From contig JAYWIR010000087.1 of NCBI GenBank assembly GCA_036172245.1, forward strand, positions 186,001 through 250,000: a stretch of DNA of 64,000 nt, written 5' to 3'. The position numbers were made by a program, and so were the translations under genes. The notes below the pieces were generated by a model. That model was not told the origin of the DNA and did no database searches. It saw only the letters and a list, made by a program, of their open reading frames with translations. This document shows, in pieces, positions 12,137 to 24,950 of the stretch. This DNA comes from Raillietiella orientalis (lineage: Eukaryota). Each line of letters opens with the position of its first letter. Position 1 is the stretch's first letter.

Positions 12137-15100
12137 TCACTGTTCGCTGTGAGGAGGGCCCATCCGTTGCAGGAAGTCCCCGAGGTCCGTCCGTATTTTC
12201 CCCAGTTGGGGCCATCCAGCAGCTCTCCTCAAGAAACGTTGGGCATATACGATGACATCGCTCGCAAGTTGACTTACACCTTCCTTGTTGGTGTCGCTCC
12301 ATGCCGCCACGATGCCTCGGACGCAGCACAAGGCTGCAAGGGCTGCGGCTGGCTTCAGGGCGCCTTTCACGAAGAGAAGCCGAAGAACGTCTCTAGGGGA
12401 ACTGCCCGTAGGGAGACCGAGGTTCGTCCCAAACCGTTCTCAAAGGGGACGAAGGGCAGCACAGTCCACAATAAGGTGGGAGAGCGATTCCCGCTCTCCG
12501 CACCTGACACACGCAGGATCCACAACTCCTCTTGTCCAGTAAGAACGACGTGCGTTACAGGGTTAACCTCAATGCATCAACAGCAACGCCGACTCTTTCC
12601 ATTTAAGGGGCAGGATCCTGGATTCCTGAAGAAGCGGGAGCCACTTCAGCACATCCATAGAGATGGCCAGCAGCTCTCCTCATCTTCTTAGTTCTCGCGG
12701 CTGGTAGCTCGGGGTCGTGGCGTTCGCCAGTTGACCCATGGTCCAGCCGCTCATTCTCTTCTCATGTCCCTCGATGCAGCAGGAGACTTGCCACGTTGGC
12801 GTCCGACTGCTGTGAAGCGCCCTTCTCAGGAAGGGCAGCGCCGTAGCCAGGCAGGTTGTCTCTGCTTACGGGCTTCTAGCTGGATTCTCCAGAAGATTCC
12901 TCAGAGTGCTGCGGGCGTAGGGGCTGCATCGGAGACGATTCCACGTTTCGTGGCTTTTCTGATTAAACACTGCCCACGTTTCGTTGTTCTCCTCCAGCCA
13001 GGCGGAGGAGTTGGCGGGGCAGCCAACCATCCAGCTGTTCTCCATGGCCAACGATGCCATGCGTCCGAGCTGTAGGCCGCATCTTCTGATCTTCCGGCCT
13101 GTTCACAGAAGAAAAGGCGCGAGTACCTCGCACCGAGACACACGGCTGGCGAGGAGGCGAGCTGGAATGCACCACGGGGTGCTCCACATCTTTGCTGCGA
13201 TGGCCTGGGTACGCCATCGCAGCTGTTTCTTCACGCGCTCCAGCGTCAATAGGCCAAGTCCGCCGTCCCGACGAGGAGCGCAAAGGTAATTCAAAGGGAC
13301 TCGGGGCCTACCCTTGCACCAAAGGGCGATGCGGAGGAGGTCCTTCGTCTTCTTTTTAACAATTCCTGAGGCGTTGCAAACAAAAAGCAGCGGGCGGAGC
13401 ATGGGGTCTGCAAAGGCGTTCCAAATTGTGGTTCGTTCCTGCAAGTGAAACTTGCCTTCCAGGAACGGGCCGATCGCCGTCTCGACTTTTTGGAGGCAGC
13501 TGGACCACGCATCCGCAGGGGAGAATTCCCCGAACGGCACACCGAAGTACTTGTTGCACCTCACCGTGAAGATCCCCAAACGGACCAAGTCCTGCTACCC
13601 GGCCCACGCCGCACAAACTGGCACCATTGACGACTTCGCCCTGTTCACCTGCTGTCCGGTCCCGCGGTTGAACAGGTCGAAGAAATCTCCGACCGCCTTC
13701 GCCGGGATGGACATAGGTAACAGGAGCAGAAGATCGTCGGCATAAACACTTACGGCCGGCGTGACGGAGCACGAGCTCGGCAAGGGGGCTAAAGTCACCC
13801 TGTACGCTCTCAGCACCAACTCAAAGTGGGTGCTGAAGAGCAGGGGGCTGAGGCTATCTCCCTGCCTTATGCCCCGCCGCACCGGCACGCCATACACCTT
13901 GTGGCTGCTGAAAGAGACGGTAATCATCGCATTCCGCCAGCAAGAGCGCAGGTACGATATCAACGAGGGTAAGAAGCCCATGCGACCAAGGAGCTCAAGA
14001 GGAGTTCCTGGTCTACACAGTCGAACGCCTTATGGAGATCGACTGCGATCGCTATTGCTCCCCTCCCCGCGCCGGGACCTTTTCTTATCCCCGCTGGCGG
14101 CTTCAATGTGGGGTTGCCGATTTTCCCTTTCCCTTTCTTTTCTCTCCTTTGCAGGTGCATCGGCGAAGAGATTTGCGTCCATACTTCGCCAGGGAACATC
14201 ATAGGTCTGCTCCGGGCTAATTATGGAATCTGCCACCTGCCCCAAACGCGAAGCCCATAACCCTGCTAGCAATTTGGCGTCCGTGTTCACGATGGTGATC
14301 GGACGCCAGTTGTGCAATTTTCTGAGGTTTCCCCCTTTCGGAAGGAGCCTCACTCTGGCTGACTGAAACTAAGCGGAAACATCGCCTTCATGTCGGATCA
14401 GCCTTGTCAACACGAGCAGATGGGGGCAAGCTCTTCTGCGAAGCTCTGAAAGAACTCCGCGGGCAAGTTGTCGTTCCCTGGAGCTTTACGTCTCTTGAAC
14501 CTTTTGATACCGGCGAGAATTTCGCCGGTAATAAAAGGCTCATTGAGGCTTTCAATCTCCTCCTAACCTATTGCCGGGATGCCATCCGGAAGCAAGCGCC
14601 GAGCAACGTCTCGATCCGGGGGCTCCCTGGCGTGAAGGAAAGCATAGAAACTTCGCACGAGATGCCGTACCGACGCCGGGGACGGACATTCCCGGCCCTG
14701 GTCGTCCAGCAAGCTGGCCGACCCGGATTGCCAGGCTTGGCGTGCGGCCTTGGCGCGGTACTTGGCCAGGGGACCGACATTAGGGGTTCTCTCGTACCTA
14801 CGATCCTGCAAATAGGCCGTATGGTTGCGAGGACCTTCGCCGGATGCGAAAGGCAGGCGGTCCCGAGGGAACTGTTCGCAGAACTCCCGGACCGAGGCCT
14901 TGAGAAGCTTACAATCCGTGAGACTCTCGAGCGTGACGCCTCTCAGGAATTCGCGAAGGTGTTCCTTCGCACATGAGAGTCGCGTCCAGTTTCCCGGCAG
15001 ACGCGAATCCCTGGATGGTGGTCTTTTGTCGCGAGGTTGCATCTCGAAAATTAACCGGGAATGTTCCAACAACGTCGACGCAACCCTCCCATGGTTGTCG

Positions 15101-15720
15101 ACCCGTGAACACAGGTCAGCGTCGAGGAAGCCGTGGTCGATGCTGCGGACCATTCCCCTCTCACCCGCGATTAAGTCGCGCGCGCGCATGGCGGCGCACA
15201 ACTTGTTCATCGCGTTCTCTTGTGTTTCTGGCTCAGCTGTTAGCAGACGGAGACTGAAATCTCCCGCTATCAGGTGAGCCTTCCGCACGTTCGTGTCCGC
15301 CAGCGAGTCGCGCTTCAGGGTTTCCAGCAGCCTGGTGTGTTCGCGGTACCCCTGTTTGCCGCTGTGGCCATGCATGTTTGTGACGATTAGGTCGATCGAG
15401 TCGGACCAGCTGCAAATCAGCTGACCGATCCGACCGTCGTCATCAAATCGCACGCTTTTTACGGCAACGTAGATGGCCGGCTTCAAGGAGAACGCGACTC
15501 CGCAGGTGTTGCGGAGGCCGCATCGCCAATACAACCGACTCCGCGCGATCGTCTCGATCTCCTGGGCGTCTGCCGCGGTGATCACGTGGATCTGCTGCTG
15601 CAGCGCCAGGTCGAGCTCACGCAGGGTGTCAGCCGTATCTCGCCTGTTGCCGTCGTCGCGCAGCCCGTTGACGTTCCAACAGGCCGCGCGTATCCGACGG
15701 CGACTGGCGAGCCCAGGTGT
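12137..15720 (-). pseudogene. ORF2 (APE-RT-CCHC) of A, frameshifted
   Basis: ORF 14563..15585 (endonuclease and linker), ORF 14030..14353 (NWRPITIVN), ORF 13595..13981 (RQGDSLSPLLF, YADD), and the C-terminus ending at 12137. Confidence 0.88.
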
Positions 15721-17593
15721 TAGTCCTGGGAAAACGGCGATGCGGCGTCCGCCACCTGGTTGGGCGGGACGCTAGGTGGAGGAGGAGGAAGGACAGGTAC
15801 TGAAGGCACCTGTTTGTCCTCCTCCATCGGTGCCTGCGCGTCTGCCGGATCACCCGCAGGTGGAGTCGCGCCTACTCGTTCGCCCACCTCCATGGGTTCG
15901 GGTTGCTCAGGTTCCGCGACTGCAGGGAGGACTTCACCCCCCTGCTCACCCTCCTCCATAGGATTGGCCGACTAGAAAGCTTCCGGGCATAGGTGTTCTT
16001 GCTCCGGGATTCCCACGCTGCCGCTCCCTTCCGGCTTCTACTCCTCGCTGCTGGAGGGGAGGCGCCTCCTGCGTTTTTGGGACTTGCGTCCCGACTTCCA
16101 AAGTGGTGCCTCCGAGGAGGTGGATCCGCTTTCGGCCCTCAGGTTGCACTCACCTGCGGGGGCCTTCTTCGTCGGAGCCGACCTGCGTAGTACCTTGCGC
16201 GACGGGGTTTCGCGCTCGGCGAGCTTTGCTGCGAGCTCCTCCGCCGCCTTCTCGAACCCCGCGTCTTCGCCAGCGGCGACCGTTGCCGCGGGATGCTCCG
16301 CGACCTTATCGAGCGCAGCGTCATCGCTGACGGCGAACGTTGCTGCGGGCTCCTCCGCGACAATATCGAGCGCGGCGTCCTGGCTGTCGGCGCAGGAGTC
16401 TCGCGTCTCACCCTCTAAACGTAGAATGGGCTCGTCCACGCGAGTATTCATCGCGTCCGTATCAGCTGTTTGATGGACATTGCCGCGGGCGGCCTCGGCA
16501 GGAACGGCTATGTGTTACAGTGCCACCGAGCATTCGCGAAGTTCTTTTTTGTAAGCGGCGCGGATTTTTTCTCTTTGCCGGCAGTTTTCTTCTCCGACTT
16601 TTCTTCTGGCATCCTTTTCTCTTTTTTTTCTTTTCAGGCCTGAACCAGCTGCCAAAGCTCCTCCATTTCCGCGTTTACGGGAGCTCTTTCCTCCGACGCC
16701 TGTACAGAAGGAAGGGAGGCTGGCAGTTGGGAACGGCCATTTTCGCGAGCTGGTCTTTCTACCAGCTTTCCACGTTTTCCCTGCGCCTTTTTTGCGGCAG
16801 GGGGCACCGGGGTGGGGCTCTTGGGGCACCCGCGCCAAACGTGAAACTTTTCGCCGCATAGGTGGCACACAATGTTCGGGCACATTTTTCGTAGATGCCC
16901 TACTGAATTGCAGTAGCCACAAAATTGGCGTTTTCCAACCTACCAGAGGTCCACCGCTTCTTGGCAAACCTCCAGCTTGTGAAGAAGCGCCCCACCCTCT
17001 TTTACGGTGATACGCGCCGCAGCTTGACCTCCGGAAAGGCTATTGTAGCCTTGGAAAATCGTCGACTTCGGCCACAACGCGTGCACTTCTGCGTGCTTTT
17101 GCAACTATTCACGAACCGCTGACCTTGTCATGCGACTGGAGATCCCAGTGAGATGGACATCCACCGAGCGGTTCATCGTCACCGGCAAGATCTTCCGAGC
17201 ATCCACAATCAGCAGGTCGGTGATCAGGCGTCGGGCCAAGGTGATATCTTTGCATACCACCTCGACCCGCTGCCTGCCGCTGAGAACGGAGAGGCCGTCA
17301 AGAACTTTTTCGAAGATATTGGCGTTCTGCAGCGCCCTCGTAAAGGCGCGTGAAGTTCGCTCATCGAAAAGATTGCCTACCTTGTAGACTAGCGAGGGTT
17401 TATACCCCGCTTTCGTGTAGGCTTCCATCTCGGCCATGACATAAACGCTAGGCGCTGCCACCATGGCGCTCCATGACCTCGGCGTCGCCGGGGACGATTC
17501 CGGGGCCGATGCCCCTGACCCAGTAGGCGTTAAGGACGAACAAGCCTCCCACACGCCTAATTCCATCCCGGTGTCCTCTGGCAACGCTGCCAT
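15720..17593 (-). pseudogene. ORF1 of A, disrupted
   Basis: Starts MAALPEDT; GYKPSLVYKVGNL; CHLCGEKFHVWRGC knuckle; acidic Pro-rich tail ending SQD*. Confidence 0.82.
16225..16385 (-). repeat. Degenerate 57-nt (19-aa) triplication in ORF1 of A
   Basis: DAALDIVAEEPAATFAVSD / DAALDKVAEHPAATVAAGE / DAGFEKAAEELAA in ORF 16038..16451. Confidence 0.75.
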
Positions 17594-17703
17594 CGGACAC
17601 CGACGATGTGCACGCACAATCCACTCAGCAAAAAACCACTTGCCTTGCCACGCAAGCGGAGAGCAGGAAAAGCACGTCCTCTCTCCACAGCGGGGATTCG
17701 ACG

Positions 17704-20700
17704 TTGTCACCCGGGTACGCCCGCAGCGTTTATTTGTAAACTCTACACGCGTAGTACGAGGCCCCACCACGGCCGTAATCACAGGACACCTTGGGACACC
17801 GGAACGCAGCCCGGCGTGGAACTTCCCGACAGCAGAGGGGGATGGGGATTAGAAAAAAAGAAAAATAAAAGGAAACAAACAAAAAGAAGCTGGAGGGCAG
17901 GGAAGGGATCACTGGTCGCTGTGGGGAGGGCCCATCCGTCGAACGAAGCCCTCGAGGTCTGTCTGGATATTTCCCAGTTGGGGCCATCCTGCAGCTCTTC
18001 GCAAGAAGCGTTGCGCATACAGGATGACATCCCTCGCCTGTGAACCCACTCCTCCGTTGTTGCCTTCGCTCCATGCCGCCACGATGCCACGGACGCATCA
18101 CAAGGCTGCGATGGCTGAGGCTGGCAGCAGTGCGTCCTTCACGAAGAGGGGCCGAAGAATGCCACTGGAAGTGCTGCCTACAAAGAGCCCGAGGGTCGAC
18201 CCGAACCGTTCCCAAAGGGGTCAAGGGGCAGCACAATCCACAATAAGCTGGGGAAGCGACACCCGCTCTCCTCACCTGGCACACGCAGGATCCAAAGCTC
18301 CGCTCGTACAGTGGAAGCGGCGTGCGTTGCAGGGTAGACCCCAGTGCAACAGGAGCAATGCCGACTCTTGTCACTTGAGGGGCAGGATCCTGGATTCTTG
18401 CATCACCGTGGGCCACTTCAGCTCATCCCTGGGGATAGCGAGCAGCTCGCCCCATCTCAATAGTCCTCGCGGCTGGACGCCCGGGGTCGTGGCGTCGGCC
18501 AGTTCTCCTGTTGTCCAGCCGCTAATCACCTTCTTGCGTTCCTCGATTCAGCAGGAGACTTGCAACCTCAGCGTCCGGCTGCTGTGAAGTGCCCTCCTCA
18601 GCAAGGGCAGCCTCGTAGCTAAGCAAATCGTCTCTCCCCACTTGCATCTTGCTGGACTCTCCAGGAGATTCCGCAGCGTGCAGCGGGCGTAGGGGCTGCA
18701 TCGGAGACGATTCCACGTTTCGTGGCTCCTCTGGTTAACCGCTGCCCACGTTCCAATATTCTCCTGCAGCCAGGCGGTGAAGTTGGCGGGGCAGCAAACC
18801 ATCCAGCTGTTCTCCTTGGCCAATGTTGCTATGCGCCCGAGCAGTAGGCCCCATCTTCGCATCTTCCTGCCACGGCTCAGAAGAAAAGAAGCGAGTCCGT
18901 CGCACCGGAACACACATCTGGTCAGAAGGCGGGCCGTAGTGCACCAAGGGGCGCTCCACATCTTCGCTGCGATGGCGAGGGTTCCTCACCGCAGCTGCTT
19001 CTCCACGCGCTTCAGCGTCAGGAGGCCAATACCGCCGTCCCGACGCGGAGCGCACAAGTCCTTCAGAGGGACTCGGGGCCTCTTCTTGCCTCGAAGGGCG
19101 ATACGGAGGAGTTCCATTGTCCTCTTCTTATATTCCACGGTGGGGAAGCAAACAAAAAGCAAGGGGCGGAGGATGGGATCCGCAAAGGCGTTCCAAACCG
19201 CGGCCCGTTCCGGCAAGTGGAGCTCGCCTTCCAGGAACAAGCCGATCGCCGTCTCGACTTTTTCGAGGCAGCTGGAACACGCTTCCGCATGAGAGTAGTC
19301 CCTAGACGGCACATCAAGGTACTTGAAGCACCTCGCCGTGGGGATCCCCAGACGGACCCAGTCCTGCTGCCCTGCCCACGCTGCACCTATTGGCACAACC
19401 GACGACTTCGCCCTGTTAACCTGCAGTCCGGTCCCTCGGCTGAGCAGATCGAAGAATTCTCTAACCGCCTTTGCCAGGGTGGACATTGGCAACAAGAGCA
19501 GAAGATCGTCGGCGTACGATGCTACGGCGGGCGTGCCGAAGTACGAGCAAGGCAAACGGGCCAAAGTCACCCTGTACGCTCTCAGCACCAACTCAAAGTA
19601 GGTGCTGAAGAGCAGGGGACTTAGGCTATCTCCCTACCTTATGCCCCGTCGCACCGGCACACCATACACCTTGTGAACACTAAAAGAGACGGAAATCATC
19701 GCATTCCGACAGCAAGAGCGCAGGATGGAAATCAGGGAGGGTGGGAAGCCCATGCTACTCAGGAGCTCCAAGAGGAGTTCCTGGTCTATACAGTCGAACG
19801 CCTTGTGGAGATCGACTGCAAGCGCTAGGGCCCCCTTCCCCGCCCGGGGGTCCCTTCCCAGCCCGGCTGGCGGCCCCAATGTGGGGTTGCTGACTTTCCC
19901 TATCCCATTCTTCTCTCTTCTCTGCAGGTGCACCCACGTGCTTGCGAAGAAGAGGTTCGCATCCATACTTCGCTCGGGAACAGCATAAGTCTGCTCCGGG
20001 CTAATTACAGAATCAACGAACTGCCCCAGAGGCGAAGCTCATAGCCCTGCTTTCAACTTGGCGTTTGTATTCACAATCGTGAGCGGACGCCAGTCCTTTA
20101 ACTCCCTGAGGTCTCCCCCTTTCGGAAGGAGCCTCACTCTGGCTGAACGAAACGATGCGGGAACATCGCCTTCGTCTCGGATCACCCTGATCAACTTAAG
20201 CAGCAGGGGTGCCAGCTCTTCCGCGAAGCTCTGAATGAACTCCGCAGGCAAGCCGTCTTTCCCTGGAGGTTTCCGTCTCTTGAGCCTTTTGATACCGGCG
20301 AGAATTTCGCCGGTGGCAAAAGGCTCGTCGAGGCTTTTTATCTCCTCCTTCCCTATTGCCGATGCGCCATTCGGAAGCAAGCGCCGAGAAGCGTCTCGAT
20401 CCGGGGGCTCCCTGGCGTAAAGGGAGGAATGAAAACTCCGCACGAGATGCCGTACCGACGCCGGGGACGAACATTCCCGGCCCTGGTCGTCCAGCAAGCT
20501 GGCCGACCCGGATTGCCAGACTTGGCGTTTGGCCCCGGCGCGGTACTCGGCCAGGAAACGGACATTAGGGGTTCTCTCGTACCTACGAGCCTGTAAATAG
20601 GCCCGACGGTTGCAAAGACCCTCGCCGAATCCGGCGAAAAGGCGGTCCAGGGGGAACTGCTCGCAGAACTCTCGGACCGAGCTCTTGAGAAGGTCCCAAT

Positions 20701-21045
20701 CCGAGAGATTCTGGAGCGTGACGCCTCTCAGGAATTCGCGAAGGTGTTCCTTCGCACCTGAGAGTCGCGTCCAGTCCTCCGGCAGACGCGAATCCCAAGA
20801 CGGCGGTCCCTTGTCGCGAGGCCGCATCTCGAAAATTAACCGGGAATGGTTCGACAACGTCGACGCAAACCTCCCCCGTTTGCCGACCCGTGAACACAGG
20901 TCAGCGTCAAGGAAGACGTGGTCGATGCTGCGTACCATTCCCCTCTCACTTGCGAGCAAGTCGCGCGCACGCATGGCGGTGCACAACTAGTTCATCGCGT
21001 TCTCTTGTGTTTCTGGCTCAGCTGTTAGCAGACGGAGACTGAAAT
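17704..21045 (-). mobile_element. Copy B (3' part), alpha family: late endonuclease, RT, CCHC finger, 3' UTR and terminus
   Basis: ORF 20039..20986; ORF 19634..19966 (VDLHKAFDC); ORF 18986..19591 (YADD). Terminus AATAAA ... CCCGGGTGACAA at 17734-17704. Confidence 0.9.
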
Positions 21046-21358
21046 TTATCACCCGGTCACGCCGGGACGTTTATAAATAATAATAAACTGGTCAGGGACA
21101 ATGTCCTCAACCAACAGAACGACACATAACATAGAAAAATTAGCGGCACGCAGGCCTGGTAACAAAACCGCTTGCAGCGTGGGAGGAATGAGAGGAAAGA
21201 AACAAAAATCAAAAACTGGAGGGAAGGGTAACGGGTTTTTGGTTAGGCTCCGTACTCACGGGGATTTACACGATGTGCACTTAAAATGTTCCGGAGCCTA
21301 TGGGGACGCGGGTGTAAAAAGTAAATACAAAATAAGTTTATGGAGGATAGGGCAATGA

Positions 21359-24300
21359 TCACCGGGTTGGCCGCTGTTGAGCGTGTGTAAACCGGCGGTG
21401 TATTGCGGCGAGATTCCTCTTTGTCTCCTCTGTCAAATGAGGCCATCTAGCGGATGCTCCCATGTAGAAGGATGCTTTGCTGATTACCTCTTTGTGCTGT
21501 CCGTTGATTACCAACGCCTGGCGGACGGAAACTATCGAGCGTATGCAACCGATGGTTGCAATCCTTGCGCTTAGTGACAGCCCGCTCGGCGTGAAGAATC
21601 GTCGCAGCAAGTCTCTTGCGGTGTGCACGGGATGCATTAGTGCTGTTGCCAGCCTACGCCACAGTCCTTGTAGGACACCGCAGTCCAGAAGTAGGTGCGG
21701 AATCGACTCCGTCGATCCGCACCGAACGCAGTTCGCAGACGCAAGTCCCTCGGAGTCACGAAGCCAACGCTCGTTGCACTGAAAACCCCAGTGAACGAAG
21801 AGGAGCACGGCTTGTTTTAAAGCAAGAAGGAGCAGCGAACTGTCAATACACTGTGGAGGGACTACAAGTTCTTCGGGGGTGACAGCAAGTTCTTCGGCTT
21901 ACCGGAGGTGTCCCTTTGCAGTAACAGGAGGAGTGGCGGCGTCCGCCAACTCATTCGTCTTCCAGGAGCCAAGGAGTTTGGTGTTTCCCGCTATCGTGCA
22001 GAAAACCTCCCACCTCGCCGGTTGGTAACTGTCGTTTCTTGCCCTAAGGGCAGACAGCGCTGCAGCAAGAGGCGTGGCAGCCAGGGTATAAAACTTCACC
22101 TCGTCCTACAATACTTCTTCCAAGGATCGTGGAAAAAATTGGCGCAGGGGGCGAAGCTCTTCAGGGCGTATTCCTTGGAATGCCGCCCAGGATTCAACAG
22201 ACTCCTGCCGCCAAGCTTCAAAGTTCATTGGGCGGCTGGAGATCCACGAGTGTGCTTTTAGAAGTGCGGTCAACTGCCGCAATGGAAACCCGAAACCCCG
22301 CTTCCTGTATTGAGTTTTCGGCAAGAGCGAGAGAAATATTCCGCTGCCGCCGCATCTCCTTAGGAGAATGCGGGCTGGCACACACAGGGGGGATGTCCAT
22401 AGCTGGGCACACAGTGCCAGCAGTCGGAACTGCACCTGCAGTCCGATTCGCTGCATTGTCAGGATACCCAAACCAGCATCCCGACGCGGAGCAAACAAAT
22501 CTTTAAGGCGGATCCTGGATCTCGCTGGACCCCAGAGAGCGTTCCTGAGCAGGCGCTTAGCCCGCTGTTTCGCCGGATAGGGAGAGTCCAAAACAAAAAA
22601 CCGATGACGGAGGAAAGGGAGCCACAAAAGTGTTCCAAACAGTCGCCCGTTCCTGCAAGGTAAACTTGTCGTTACAGAACAGGCTGATGGCCAACTCTGC
22701 TTTCTGAAGACAGTCCGCCCACGCTTTGGCTGGAACGAAAGCGCCCAACGGGAAGCAAAGGTACCTAAAATACCCGCCCGTAAGGATCCCCAGGCGGATC
22801 CAGTCGGACTGCCCCTCCCACGACGTACCCACAGGAACGACCACGCTCTTCTCTCTGTTCACGCTCACGCCCGCTCCCCGACGAATCAGGTCGAAGAAAT
22901 CCTCGACACTGGACGCCAAGGTGGACATGGGGAGCAGAAGAAGCAGGTCATCAGCGTAGGCGGCCACGGCAGGCGTTCCCGGGCAGGAGCTTGGCAGCTG
23001 ACACAGCGTCAGCCTGTATGCTCTTAGCACCAACTCAAAGAAGATGCAGAAGAACAACGGGCTTAAGCTGTCGCCCCGTCGGATGCCCCTACGAACGGGA
23101 ATACCATACACGCGGCAGCCGATGAAAGTAATGCAGGTTAGCGCATGGCGTCAGCACGCGCGCAAATACAGCAGGAGTTGCGCCGGTAACCCAAGGCGTT
23201 CCATAAGCTCCAAAAGCAGCTTCTGGTTTACGCAGTAGAACGCCTTGTGGAGATCGACCGCGACCGCCAAGGCACCTGGCGTTCCCTCCTGCCGTCGGCG
23301 CCTGTTCTTCTTGCCTGCGGCAGTGACTTTCGCAGCAGCCTGGCTTCGCTGTGCCACAACCTCCTGCAGCTGCATCCATGTACGTGCGAAAAGGATGTTC
23401 GCCTCCATGGATCGTCCCGGAACTGCGTAGGTTTGTTCGGGGATCATTACAGATTCCGCGATACTTCCTAACCGCGCGACCCTCAGCTTGGAAAACACCT
23501 TGACGTCCGAGTTCACCAAGGTGATCGGACGCCAGTTGTTAAGTTGACGCAAGTCTCCGCCTTTCGGCAGGAGACGCACCTTCGCTGAGGGGAAGGAATC
23601 CAGGACATTCCCGGATTCACTCATCAGCGTCGCTAGTTTCAGCATCAAGGGAATGAGCTCCACTGCAAAGCATCGATAAAACTCTGCAGGGAGCCCATCC
23701 TCGCCTGGCGCCTTTCGTCTCCTCAGCCCAGCGATTGCGGACGAAACTTCATCCGCCGTGAAGGGCTCGTTGAGACGTTCGCGTTCCTTCTCGCCGACAA
23801 CACGAGCATCCTGAGACAGGAGTATCTCAGAAAGAATATCCTCCGTCGGGAATTCCGCGTACAGCGAGGAGTAGTAGCGTCTCACAATGCAGCGTACTTC
23901 GGCTGCTGCCGAACATCCCAGCCCTTGTCGTCCAACAGGCATGCTGCTACCGACTGCCACACCTGGCGCTCGGCCCTCGCCTTGTACTACGCAAGACGCC
24001 CGACATCCGCGCGTCTTGAAAACGTGCGGGCCTGCAGAAAGTCTCTACTGTTGGCCACGCCCTCTCCGAAACCGCGTGGAAGCCGGTGCAAGGGGAATTG
24101 GCAGCAGAACTCGCGGACAGATCTTTTGAGATCGTCCCAGTCCGCAAGTTCTTGAATAGCAAAGCCTCGAAGGTATCCACGTAGATGCTCCGTAGCCTCC
24201 GGTTGGCTAAGTCAATCCGCCTGCATCCTCCAGTTTTGCAACGGAGGCCCCCTGCCTGGCGGAAGAATCTCAAACTTCAACCTGTGGTGGTCAGAAAGCC

Positions 24301-24950
24301 TAGTCAACAATCTTCCTCTCCTACCTACATGCGAATGCAGATTTTCATCGAGGAAAATGTGATCGAGCGATCTTTTCATTCCAGGTTCGCTGACCATCAA
24401 GTTGGCGGCGTGCACGGACGCGCACTTCTCGATGGAGAGCGCGCGCTCACTCGGCCGGCTCCAATCGTCGGAGAGCAGGCGGACGTTGAAGTCCCCAGCA
24501 ACGAGGTGCGCCACTTGGAAACCGGAGTTGTTGAGCCAGTGGCTCTGCACCTCACCAATGAAAGCTACTCTTTCTTCGAGGTAGCGATAGCCACTCGGCG
24601 CGTAGACGTTCGTAACGACGAGATCGATGGACTCGGAACTCTTCATGACAAGCTGGCCTATCCGTCCGTCGTCATCGAAACGAACACTACGCACCGCTTC
24701 CGCCATTTTTCCTCTTACGAAGAACGCGACGCCGCACGTGTGTGCGCCGTCGCACCGCCAATGTAGCGTTCCGCCTGCGCTTCTCGATTTCGGCTGCCTG
24801 CTCGTCGGAGATTACGTGAATCTCCTGCAGCAGCGCGAGCTCGAAGGGGCGGAGGGCGTTGGCTACTAATCGCCTCCTCTCGTCGTTCTGCAGCCCGTTC
24901 ACGTTTCAACACGTTACGAACAGACGACGAGAAGACGCGATTCCCCGCAT
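21359..24950 (-). pseudogene. ORF2 (APE-RT-CCHC) of C, frameshifted
   Basis: LQEIH, NVYAP, AGDFN, SLDH, LSDH; KAPGEDG, NWRPITLVNSD, YADD; CVRCGSTESIPHLLLDC. Confidence 0.9.

Larger units (their letters stand above)
11928..17690 (-). mobile_element. Copy A, alpha family: full length (about 5.8 kb) with a perfect 13-bp TSD
   Basis: cggggattcgacg at 11915-11927 and 17691-17703. 5' motif GGACGTGCTTTT at 17679. AATAAA and hairpin terminus at 11958-11928. Confidence 0.92.

Noticed and set aside
15718..15740. Canonical -1 slippery heptamer at the alpha ORF1/ORF2 junction
   Set aside because: TTTTCCCAG does not give an in-frame X XXY YYZ pattern in the ORF1 frame, so frameshifting is kept only as a weak alternative.
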